Source: a virus. Taken from it: DNA of 64,000 bases. The notes under the pieces were generated by a model that was given only the letters and a program-made list of their open reading frames with translations, did no database searches and was not told the origin of the DNA. Both the position numbers and the translations under genes were made by a program. The stretch is from positions 5,543 to 69,542 of the IMG/VR virus record IMGVR_UViG_3300030328_004798; one strand, 5' to 3'. Below are positions 18,890 through 27,127 of this stretch, one piece after another (within the stretch, counting starts at the first letter, position 1; each line of letters begins with the position of its first letter).

Positions 18890-19825
18890 ATGAAACATTT
18901 AGAAGAAACACCTTGGTTTATTTGTGATAAAGGAGATAATAATTATTGTGCCTATGTGGACACTGATTCAAACTACTTTAACGCTGAACCTATACTTTTA
19001 CATTTATATCCTAATTTTGAAGAATTATCTGATGAGGAAAAAGATAGTAAACTGGAAAAAGTTGCTTTGGCCTATCAAGATATTATATCTGAAGATTATG
19101 ATAGGTTAGCTGAGGAATGTTTTAATGTTAAGTCACATAGACTTGAGATGAAGACTGAATGTGTAATTAGATCAGCTTATTTTAGAGCTACTAGAAGATA
19201 TGCTCAATGGATAACTAAACAGGAGGGTATTCCTAAAGAAGTTCTAGATATTAAAGGATTGGAATTTATGAAAGCTAATTTTCCACCTATTTTAGGAGAA
19301 TTCTTTAATGATATATTACAACAGGTATTGAAAGGAGAAGAAAAAGCTAGTATAATTACTCAAATTAAAGAATTTAAAAAAGAAATATTAGGGGGTAAAA
19401 TTTCATTAGCTAAATTAGGTAATCCAACAGCAGTAAAAAAATTAGAAAAATATTCCGGTACTAAAGCAAGAGCAGGAGAAATATTTACTGAAATACTTAA
19501 AGGTGCTCCTGCGCCCGTAAGAGCTGCTATTCGTTATAATGATTTATTAAAATTATGGAATTTAGATAGAAAACATAATTTAATTACAATGGCTGATAAA
19601 GTAAAATGGATTTACTTAAAAGATAACCCATATAAAATAGAGGCATTAGCATTTTTTGATTATGATATTCCTGAAAAAGTTCAAGATTTCTTAGATACTT
19701 ACGCAGATAGGCAAAAAGTATTTGATTCAATATTATTAAATAAATTAGAAGGATTTTTTAGTGATTTACAATGGTCATTAGACTTAAATCCTTATACAAA
19801 TGCCTTAAGTTCCTTTGAAATCTAA
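18890..19825 (+). CDS. Family B DNA polymerase, C-terminal subunit (motif C plus thumb)
   Basis: YVDTDS, RRYA, IKGLE. Confidence 0.92.
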   Translation: MKHLEETPWFICDKGDNNYCAYVDTDSNYFNAEPILLHLYPNFEELSDEEKDSKLEKVALAYQDIISEDYDRLAEECFNVKSHRLEMKTECVIRSAYFRATRRYAQWITKQEGIPKEVLDIKGLEFMKANFPPILGEFFNDILQQVLKGEEKASIITQIKEFKKEILGGKISLAKLGNPTAVKKLEKYSGTKARAGEIFTEILKGAPAPVRAAIRYNDLLKLWNLDRKHNLITMADKVKWIYLKDNPYKIEALAFFDYDIPEKVQDFLDTYADRQKVFDSILLNKLEGFFSDLQWSLDLNPYTNALSSFEI

Positions 19826-19848
19826 GATAAAATTCGTATATTACAGCT

Positions 19849-20571
19849 ATGATAAATAAAAATACCCTAACATCAGTTATATCTAAATACTATTTAAATG
19901 GTTTACACAACCAGGTTAAATGGAGAATAAAAGATAAACAATTAACTATTTACGCTGGAGACAAAGGTAGGGTATGTAAAGTAGTACACAATAATTTTCC
20001 ACTGGAAGATGCAGAATTAGGTGTATTTGATACCCATAAACTAAGTAAATTAATATCTATTACTAATGGAGATTTAATGATTTCATTAGAAAAAATTAAA
20101 GCGATATACACTAAAATGCATATTGCAGATTTAAATTTTGATCTTACTTACTCATTAGCTGATATTCTTATTTTAGGTAAAAATACTTATTATGAAGATC
20201 CTGATTCATTTGAAATGGTTATTGATTTAACTAATGAGGATATTGAACATTTAATTAAGGCTAAAAATGCATTATCAGATGTAAATAATATGTTAATCAC
20301 AAGTACTACAGATATGGATGGAACAAATATTTGTGAATTTATATTTGGTGATAATACAGGATTTTCAAATAAAATTACTTACCAACTTCAAGGTAATATA
20401 TCTAAAAGTGGTATTGAAATTCCATTTGATTCTGATGTATTTAAAGATATATTAAATTCAAATAAAGACATGGATAATGGAACACTTAAATTAACAGAAC
20501 AAGGTATGTTAAAATTAAATTTCCATTCAGAAGAAACAGAAAGTGAATATTTTATTGCGAGAAACGAATAA
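19849..20571 (+). CDS. Putative sliding clamp (gp45-like)
   Basis: 240 aa, follows polymerase; LGVFDTHKL and C-terminal EYFIA resemble T4-type clamps; clamp loader nearby. Confidence 0.65.
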   Translation: MINKNTLTSVISKYYLNGLHNQVKWRIKDKQLTIYAGDKGRVCKVVHNNFPLEDAELGVFDTHKLSKLISITNGDLMISLEKIKAIYTKMHIADLNFDLTYSLADILILGKNTYYEDPDSFEMVIDLTNEDIEHLIKAKNALSDVNNMLITSTTDMDGTNICEFIFGDNTGFSNKITYQLQGNISKSGIEIPFDSDVFKDILNSNKDMDNGTLKLTEQGMLKLNFHSEETESEYFIARNE

Positions 20572-20637
20572 TTCACATATGTATAATAAACAAAACATTG
20601 TAGCTAGAGCACGTGTTATGTTTAAAATAAATTAACC

Positions 20638-20652
20638 GGGAGCTTCGGCCCC
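20638..20652 (+). promoter_or_regulatory. C(UUCG)G tetraloop hairpin in hsp20 5' UTR
   Basis: GGGAGC-TTCG-GCCC shortly before the ATG. Confidence 0.6.
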
Positions 20653-20666
20653 ATAAAATAAATGAT

Positions 20667-21086
20667 ATGAGTACATTAGAAATCTTTGAAAGGCATATAA
20701 GTCCTTTCGACATCCTTTTTAGGAATCACTTTAAATCTGACAGCACATTTCAACCTGTTGGAAATTTCAAACAACCACATCCACTTAATATTTTCTTTGA
20801 CGATGACGGACTTCATTTTGAAGTTGCCTGTACTGGTCTAACTAAAAAAGACGTAGTCTTAGATATTGAAGGGGATACTTTAAAAATAAGTTATGACAAA
20901 CCAGAAGATGACTTTCCTGATGGAATGATTCATAATGGTTTATCTAAAAAATCATTTGATTTAAGATATAAAATAGCACCAAAGTTTGATTTAAACAATA
21001 TTGATGCTGCTTTAACAAATGGTTTATTAGAAATTTTTATACCATTAGCTGAAGAAGCTAAACCAAAAACAATCAAAATAAAATAA
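20667..21086 (+). CDS. Small heat-shock protein (Hsp20/alpha-crystallin)
   Basis: HPLNI, VACTG, AALTNGLLEIFIP, KPKTIKIK. Confidence 0.92.
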   Translation: MSTLEIFERHISPFDILFRNHFKSDSTFQPVGNFKQPHPLNIFFDDDGLHFEVACTGLTKKDVVLDIEGDTLKISYDKPEDDFPDGMIHNGLSKKSFDLRYKIAPKFDLNNIDAALTNGLLEIFIPLAEEAKPKTIKIK

Positions 21087-21159
21087 ATTTTTTGCCAAAA
21101 ATAGCGTGCTCTAGCGCAATTTTGTTCGTATATTGATATATAAATAAAATTATAACCTT

Positions 21160-21480
21160 ATGGCAAGAAAAGCAAAAGCAATTACAGTCATTTCTGATCC
21201 TTTACTGGAGCCCTACTATATAACTAAAGACGATCTTTGTTATACAGTTAATGAAAGAATAATACCAAATAAAGACCATTTTAGGTCAAAAGGTAAAGGA
21301 AAAGAATATGCAAAACCTCAAGGATACTACCCTGAATTTGGTCAGGCTATTAAAAAAATATCCGATGAGTTAAGACACACTAAAAGAAAATATGATTCTT
21401 TAATTGAGTATATTGAAGAATATAGAGTAATAGAAAATAACATAAAAGAATATACAGATGGAATTAGAAGCACTATTTGA
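21160..21480 (+). CDS. Hypothetical protein
   Basis: 106-aa ORF after promoter motif at 21106-21135. Confidence 0.75.
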   Translation: MARKAKAITVISDPLLEPYYITKDDLCYTVNERIIPNKDHFRSKGKGKEYAKPQGYYPEFGQAIKKISDELRHTKRKYDSLIEYIEEYRVIENNIKEYTDGIRSTI

Positions 21481-21835
21481 TGCGGTTATCGTTAAACCGT
21501 TTGAGTCTGAAGAGACTACTTATGGAAACATTATTGTACCTGATTTAGGTAAAGAAAAAAATGAATTTGGTAAAGTTGTAGCAGTAGGACCAGGAAAACC
21601 TACTATTAATGGAATACTTATACCAACAACAGTTAAAGTTGGAGATAAAGTTGTTTTACCAACTATGGGTTTTACAAAACTTCCTTATGATGGAGAAGAA
21701 TATTACGTTGGCCCTGAAAACCAGATTTTAGCTAAAGTACATGAAAAAAGTGACTTTAATGAGGTATTAAGTGATACTTTAGAAAATATGAGTGTAGAAG
21801 AAATTAATAATATAAAAGATATATCAAATGGGTAA
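21458..21835 (+). CDS. groES: Co-chaperonin GroES
   Basis: LFDAVIVK, GNIIVPD, GKVVAVGPG, VKVGDKV; ~30-aa acidic C-terminal extension. Confidence 0.92.
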   Translation: MELEALFDAVIVKPFESEETTYGNIIVPDLGKEKNEFGKVVAVGPGKPTINGILIPTTVKVGDKVVLPTMGFTKLPYDGEEYYVGPENQILAKVHEKSDFNEVLSDTLENMSVEEINNIKDISNG

Positions 21836-23450
21836 ACAAATAGAATTCGGCTCATCAGCCAGAGAAAATTTAGTAAGGGGGATTGATACATTAGCAGATG
21901 CTGTTGTATCAACTTTAGGACCTAATGGAAGAAATGTAGTTATTGCTAATGACCAAGGAGTACCTCAATCTACAAAAGATGGAGTTACAGTTGCTAAATC
22001 AATAACATTAAGTAATCCTGAACAAGAATTAGGGGTACAATTAGTAAAGCAAGCTGCAATAAAAACAGCAGAAAAAGCAGGTGATGGTACAACTACATCT
22101 ACTTTATTAGCTCGTGAAATGATTAAAGCAGGTTTAACAGCATTAAATAATAATGAAAATGCAGTACAAATAAAAAGAGATATAGATTCTACCGTTAATG
22201 AGGTAGTAGATAATTTAAGAAATAAAATATCAGAAGATATTTCAGGTGAGGAGCAATTAGAACAAATTGCTACTATTTCAGCAAATAATGATCAAGAAGT
22301 AGGTAAACTTATTGCTACTGCAATTGATAAAGTAGGAATGGAGGGGGTTGTTCATATAGAAGAATCTAGAACTGGCGAAACATACTTAGAAACTGTTGAA
22401 GGGTTACAGTTTGAAAGAGGTTATAAATCGCCATATTTTGTTACTAACAATAACAATATGACTGCCACATTAGATAACCCCCTCGTTCTTATTGCTGATC
22501 AAAAAATAACTCAAGTAAAAGAATTATTACCTATATTAGAAGCTGTATCAGCACAAGCAAAATCATTGCTTATTATAGCCGAAGATATAGATAATGAAGC
22601 CTTAGCTACTCTTATTGTTAATAAAATGAGAGGTACAATGAAAGTATGTGCTGTTAAAGCACCTGATTTTGGAGATAGAAGAAAATTAGTTTTAGAAGAT
22701 ATTGCTATTACAACTGGAGGTCAAGTTTTTGATAAACAAAAAGGAATGAAACTTGATAAATTTAGTTGGGAATGGTTTGGTGAAGCTAGAACTATAACAG
22801 TTGAAAAAGAAAGAACAACAATTGTTGATGGTAAGGGATCAGCTGATTCAATAGAAGTACGTGTTGAAGAATTGCAAAAACAAATAGAAAAAGCAGAAAC
22901 ACCATTTGAAATTGAAAAATTACAAGAAAGATTAGCTAAATTTGTAGGTGGAGTAGCAATTATTCATGTTGGTGGAAATACTGAAACCGAAATGAGAGAA
23001 AAGAAAGATAGAGTTGATGATGCTTTACATGCAACTAAAGCTGCTATTGAAGAAGGTATAGTACCAGGAGGAGGAACAGCTTTATTATATGCATCCTCAG
23101 GTTTAGAAGTTAATTCTACTGGTGCTGCTATTGTTAAACAGGCATGTGCAAAACCTTTTAATCAAATATTAGTTAATGCTGGTCATGATGAAGTTAAGGG
23201 ACAAATTATAGCAGATGGTATGATTAATTCAGGTAATGATGGTTGGTTGGGTTATGATATAAAAACAGATAATACTGTTGATATGAAAGAAGCAGGTATT
23301 ATAGATCCAACTAAAGTAGCTAGAACAGCATTAGAAAATGCAGCTTCAGTTGCGGGTACAGTTTTATTAACAGAATGTACTGTGGTAAATGAACCAGAAG
23401 AAGATAATAAAAAACAACAAATAGATCCATCAATGATGGGGATGATGTAA
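21828..23450 (+). CDS. groEL: Chaperonin GroEL
   Basis: TLGPNGRNV, TKDGVTVAK, AGDGTTT, GIVPGGG, GIIDPTKV. Confidence 0.97.
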   Translation: MGKQIEFGSSARENLVRGIDTLADAVVSTLGPNGRNVVIANDQGVPQSTKDGVTVAKSITLSNPEQELGVQLVKQAAIKTAEKAGDGTTTSTLLAREMIKAGLTALNNNENAVQIKRDIDSTVNEVVDNLRNKISEDISGEEQLEQIATISANNDQEVGKLIATAIDKVGMEGVVHIEESRTGETYLETVEGLQFERGYKSPYFVTNNNNMTATLDNPLVLIADQKITQVKELLPILEAVSAQAKSLLIIAEDIDNEALATLIVNKMRGTMKVCAVKAPDFGDRRKLVLEDIAITTGGQVFDKQKGMKLDKFSWEWFGEARTITVEKERTTIVDGKGSADSIEVRVEELQKQIEKAETPFEIEKLQERLAKFVGGVAIIHVGGNTETEMREKKDRVDDALHATKAAIEEGIVPGGGTALLYASSGLEVNSTGAAIVKQACAKPFNQILVNAGHDEVKGQIIADGMINSGNDGWLGYDIKTDNTVDMKEAGIIDPTKVARTALENAASVAGTVLLTECTVVNEPEEDNKKQQIDPSMMGMM

Positions 23451-23466
23451 AATAATTTCGTATATT

Positions 23467-23739
23467 ATGCCAAAGACAAAAATTGAAGAAAAAAATATAT
23501 TAATTGCTAGAAGAGTTCCACCTGGAGATAAATGGAGATTAGTTGCAAATGAACCAGATGGTCCTGTACATAAAACTTTAACTGATGCTTTAGAGGCATA
23601 TATGGTTAAAACAGGATTTAAAGGTCATTATAGATTAGAACCTTTACAAAGTAGTTTATATGCTATTGATTCAAAAGAAACAGAAGTAAAACCTGAACCA
23701 GTTAAAAAATATTCAATATATGGTGAATACGGATCATAG
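23467..23739 (+). CDS. Hypothetical protein
   Basis: 90-aa ORF; overlaps clamp loader start. Confidence 0.7.
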   Translation: MPKTKIEEKNILIARRVPPGDKWRLVANEPDGPVHKTLTDALEAYMVKTGFKGHYRLEPLQSSLYAIDSKETEVKPEPVKKYSIYGEYGS

Positions 23740-24634
23740 TTTATTAGTAGAAAAATACAGACCAACAAAACTAGATTATTTTGTTGGAAATGCTAGTATT
23801 AAAAATAGTATATCTAAATACATTGGACAAAATGATATACAAAATTTAATATTCTATGGGCCTGCGGGTACAGGTAAAACAACATTGGCCAAACTGATAA
23901 TAAAAAATTTAGATTGTGACCATTTATATATTAATGCTTCTGATGAACGTGGTATCGAAACTATTAGGGATAAAGTCTCTGGTTTTGCATCTGTTGCATC
24001 ATTTAAACCGCTCAAGGTTGTTATATTAGATGAGGCAGATTTTCTTACAATACAAGCACAGGCATCACTTAGAAATATAATTGAAACTTTTTCACGTACT
24101 ACCAGATTTATTATGACTTGTAATTTTGTAGAACGTATCATTGATCCTTTACAATCTAGATGTCAAGTATTAAAAATCGTACCTCCAACTAAAAAAGATG
24201 TTGCTAAACATTTAAATTGGATTTTAGAAGAAGAGGAAATAGTATATGAAGTAAATGATTTAGGTTCAATAGTAAATCAATATTATCCTGATTTAAGGAA
24301 ATGTATAAATACAATCCAAATGAATTCAAAGGATAATAAATTAACATTAGATAAATCAGTATTAGTTTCATCTAATTATATAGATGAAGTTATTAATGAA
24401 TTAAAAAAAGATAAAGATAGTTTTAAAAAAATACGTCAAATTATAGCCGATGCTAATGTAGATGATTTTGATGAACTATTTAGAGCTTTATATGAAAGAT
24501 CATCTGAATACCTTCCAGGTAGAGAAGGTACAGTAGCTATAATAGTTAATGAACAGCAATATAGAGCAAATTTTCGTATTGATAAAGAAATCAATGCAAT
24601 GAGTTTAATTTCACAAATAATAAATAATAAATAA
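23720..24634 (+). CDS. Clamp loader AAA+ subunit (RFC/gp44-like)
   Basis: EKYRP, GPAGTGKTT, NASDERG, LDEAD, SRC. Confidence 0.93.
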   Translation: MVNTDHSLLVEKYRPTKLDYFVGNASIKNSISKYIGQNDIQNLIFYGPAGTGKTTLAKLIIKNLDCDHLYINASDERGIETIRDKVSGFASVASFKPLKVVILDEADFLTIQAQASLRNIIETFSRTTRFIMTCNFVERIIDPLQSRCQVLKIVPPTKKDVAKHLNWILEEEEIVYEVNDLGSIVNQYYPDLRKCINTIQMNSKDNKLTLDKSVLVSSNYIDEVINELKKDKDSFKKIRQIIADANVDDFDELFRALYERSSEYLPGREGTVAIIVNEQQYRANFRIDKEINAMSLISQIINNK

Positions 24635-24636
24635 TT

Positions 24637-24888
24637 ATGCAACAAGCACAACAACCACAAGGACCTCCTATTGATTTAAAAAACACATCTGAAGTAAAAA
24701 ACTTTGATGGTGGGAGTATTTTTCAACAAGGAGTTATTTTAAGAACAGTATCTAAATTTGTAATGGGATCAGAAGAAGATGCTTTATTACCAATCCCAGT
24801 ATTTTATGATCCATCAACTAAAAAGATCCATAAGGCATCCGTACCTGCAGATCTTAGAGAAGAATTAGCTGATGAACTTATTGACTAA
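24637..24888 (+). CDS. Hypothetical protein
   Basis: 83-aa ORF in replication operon. Confidence 0.75.
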   Translation: MQQAQQPQGPPIDLKNTSEVKNFDGGSIFQQGVILRTVSKFVMGSEEDALLPIPVFYDPSTKKIHKASVPADLREELADELID

Positions 24889-24891
24889 AAA

Positions 24892-25302
24892 TTGAAAAAT
24901 ATATTTGATTGGCTTAAGGAAATAAACTATAAGAAATCCCCTTCTGATTCTTTTACAGAAAAAGACTGGGAAGTATGGAATTCTTATATGATCCATAGGT
25001 TTATATCTATGAATAGAGAATTTTTAGAGATTGTTAATTATGTACAAGATTATCCACCTCATGAAAAAAAGGCTATTTATAACATTTATAAAGAATATAT
25101 TCCTAAAAATAACCAATGGAATAAATATATTAAATCAACTAAAAAAGCAGTTAATAAAGAATTAAGTCAACATTTAAAAGATCATTTTAAAGTCTCATCT
25201 AGAGAAATAAGTGATTATTTAAAAATTTTAAGTAAAGACGAAGTTAATCAAATTTTGATTAATAGAGGTTTAAATAAAAAAGAAATAAAAAAACTATTAT
25301 GA
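24892..25302 (+). CDS. Clamp loader small subunit (gp62-like), putative
   Basis: IFDWLKEIN, WNSYMIHRFISM resemble gp62-type proteins; next to clamp loader; TTG start. Confidence 0.65.
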   Translation: MKNIFDWLKEINYKKSPSDSFTEKDWEVWNSYMIHRFISMNREFLEIVNYVQDYPPHEKKAIYNIYKEYIPKNNQWNKYIKSTKKAVNKELSQHLKDHFKVSSREISDYLKILSKDEVNQILINRGLNKKEIKKLL

Positions 25303-25526
25303 ATACACAAGTATATAAATTCTTGAAATCCGAAGCTGAGGCGGATAAAAATAAAGCTCTAGCAAGTATAGAATTATTAACTAACCACCCTGCAGGAATT
25401 GGTGATCATTCAACTAAAGATTATTGGGATAACTGTAATGAAGCAATTAAATTATTAGCATCAGCAGATGAAAGGTTAGAAACATTAGAAAAATACTTTA
25501 ATTCTAAAGAACAAGTAAATGGGTGA
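25299..25526 (+). CDS. Hypothetical phage protein
   Basis: 75 aa with HPAGIGDH motif. Confidence 0.75.
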   Translation: MNTQVYKFLKSEAEADKNKALASIELLTNHPAGIGDHSTKDYWDNCNEAIKLLASADERLETLEKYFNSKEQVNG

Positions 25527-25968
25527 TTCTAAAAAGAAATATGAAGAAATTCAACAAGACAACTACGAACACTCCGAACATTATTGGGATGTAGATAGAA
25601 ATAAGGTACCTAAAGATATTGGAGTAAAAGTTACTAAAGCAGTTGAAGCATTTGAAAATGAATATCCTGAATTGTCTAAAGAATTTAAAAAGATAGGTCA
25701 AGAAATGTATGAAATGTTTGCCGCTAAACATATGGATTATGGTTTAAATAATATCGCTTTAGGTGGTGATTTAACTAATCCCGAAGATAAAAAATTTTCA
25801 CTTACAGGTTTAGCTATTAGACTTACAGATAAAATTAGTAGGTTAAAAAATTTACTAATAAACGGTAAAAACTATGTTAAGGGAGAAGGAATGGAAGATA
25901 CATTTATTGATGTTGCTAATTATGGCATAATTGGAATGTTAGTAGGACGTAATAAATGGAAAAAATAA
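25519..25968 (+). CDS. DUF1599 / nucleotide-modification-associated domain 1-like protein
   Basis: KHMDYG, RLTDKISRL, EDTFIDVANYGII. Confidence 0.75.
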   Translation: MGDSKKKYEEIQQDNYEHSEHYWDVDRNKVPKDIGVKVTKAVEAFENEYPELSKEFKKIGQEMYEMFAAKHMDYGLNNIALGGDLTNPEDKKFSLTGLAIRLTDKISRLKNLLINGKNYVKGEGMEDTFIDVANYGIIGMLVGRNKWKK

Positions 25969-25971
25969 ATT

Positions 25972-26865
25972 TTGGCTAAAAAAATACCTAAAATAGTTAA
26001 GGAGATTAAAAAAAATCCCCCACATGAGATTGATTATTCTTATCAAAAGAATATATCATATTCTCAAATATCTATGTTTAAACAATGTCAAAGAAAATGG
26101 GCATTACATTATAAAGATAAGATAAGTCAAAGGGATGTTTCTATCTACTTAGTTTTTGGTATTGCAATCCATGAGGTACTTCAGGAATATTTAACTGTAT
26201 TTTATGAAAAATCAAAAGTGGCTGCTAATAAGTTAGATTTAGAAAATAAATTCCAAGAGGCGTTTATTAGTGCCTATCAAAAACAATATAAACAAAATAA
26301 TGATATTCATTTCTCAGATGCTGTAGAAATGAGAGAATTTTTTGAAGATGGTGTAGAAATTTTAAAATTTTTTAAGAAAAAAGTGGGTGGTTATTTTTCT
26401 AAGAGAGGTACTTATTTAGTAGGAATAGAGTTACCTATAATTAATACACCTAATAAAATGTTAAATAATTTATTATTTAAGGGAATGCTAGACGTAGTAT
26501 TATATCATGAACATAGTGATACTTTTACTATTATAGATATAAAAACAAGTACTAGAGGGTGGCATGATAAAATGAAGAAAAATGAGGATAAACAATTCCA
26601 ACTTATATTATATAAAAAATACTTTTCAGAATTGTATAATATACCTCTAGATAAAATAGATATTAAATTTTTTATAGTTAAAAGAAAATTATATGAAAAT
26701 TGTGACTGGGCACAAACAAGAATACAAGAATTTTCACCCCCAAGTGGTAAAATTAAATTAGGTAGGGCTACTAGATATGTAAGTGATTTTATGTCTCATG
26801 TATTTAATTCCCAAGGAAAAATAAAAGAACAACATTATCCATGTACTTGTGGATATTGTGAATAA
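25972..26865 (+). CDS. PD-(D/E)XK (RecB-like) exonuclease
   Basis: SYSQ...C, FGIAIHE, GMLDVV, IIDIKTS, QLILY, terminal CTCGYC. Confidence 0.85.
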   Translation: MAKKIPKIVKEIKKNPPHEIDYSYQKNISYSQISMFKQCQRKWALHYKDKISQRDVSIYLVFGIAIHEVLQEYLTVFYEKSKVAANKLDLENKFQEAFISAYQKQYKQNNDIHFSDAVEMREFFEDGVEILKFFKKKVGGYFSKRGTYLVGIELPIINTPNKMLNNLLFKGMLDVVLYHEHSDTFTIIDIKTSTRGWHDKMKKNEDKQFQLILYKKYFSELYNIPLDKIDIKFFIVKRKLYENCDWAQTRIQEFSPPSGKIKLGRATRYVSDFMSHVFNSQGKIKEQHYPCTCGYCE

Positions 26866-26926
26866 AGTATTGATTTTGAATAATACTTATATATGTATAA
26901 CAAATGTTTTAAATTAAATTAAGATT

Positions 26927-27127
26927 ATGAGTAATAATAAAAAAATGACACTAACTAGTGTTAAAGTAAAGAGCGATTTATTCGACAATTTCAAAATCGA
27001 GTGTGTTAGACGTAAATTTTCTTTTCAAAAACTTGCTGATCGTAGCTTGTTTTTGTATCTTACAGATGAGAATTTCCGTAAACAAATAACAAACCAAATA
27101 AATCTCGATTTACAAAATGAAGAATAA
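26927..27127 (+). CDS. Small ribbon-helix-helix-like DNA-binding protein
   Basis: LTSVKV strand followed by two helices; preceded by ATATGTATAA at 26891. Confidence 0.55.
   Translation: MSNNKKMTLTSVKVKSDLFDNFKIECVRRKFSFQKLADRSLFLYLTDENFRKQITNQINLDLQNEE

Larger units (their letters stand above)
20589..21126. repeat. Inverted repeat bracketing hsp20 (arms ~20589-20613 and ~21105-21126)
   Basis: GCTAGAGCACG (20603-20613) is the exact reverse complement of CGTGCTCTAGC (21105-21115), with bulged extension. Confidence 0.8.

Noticed and set aside
20589-21126. CIRCE/HrcA operator at the chaperone genes
   Set aside because: Does not match TTAGCACTC-N9-GAGTGCTAA; the arms are ~500 nt apart.
25972-26865. 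Cas4 as part of a CRISPR system
   Set aside because: PD-(D/E)XK nuclease sits in a replication operon with no cas genes or array; better explained as a phage exonuclease.
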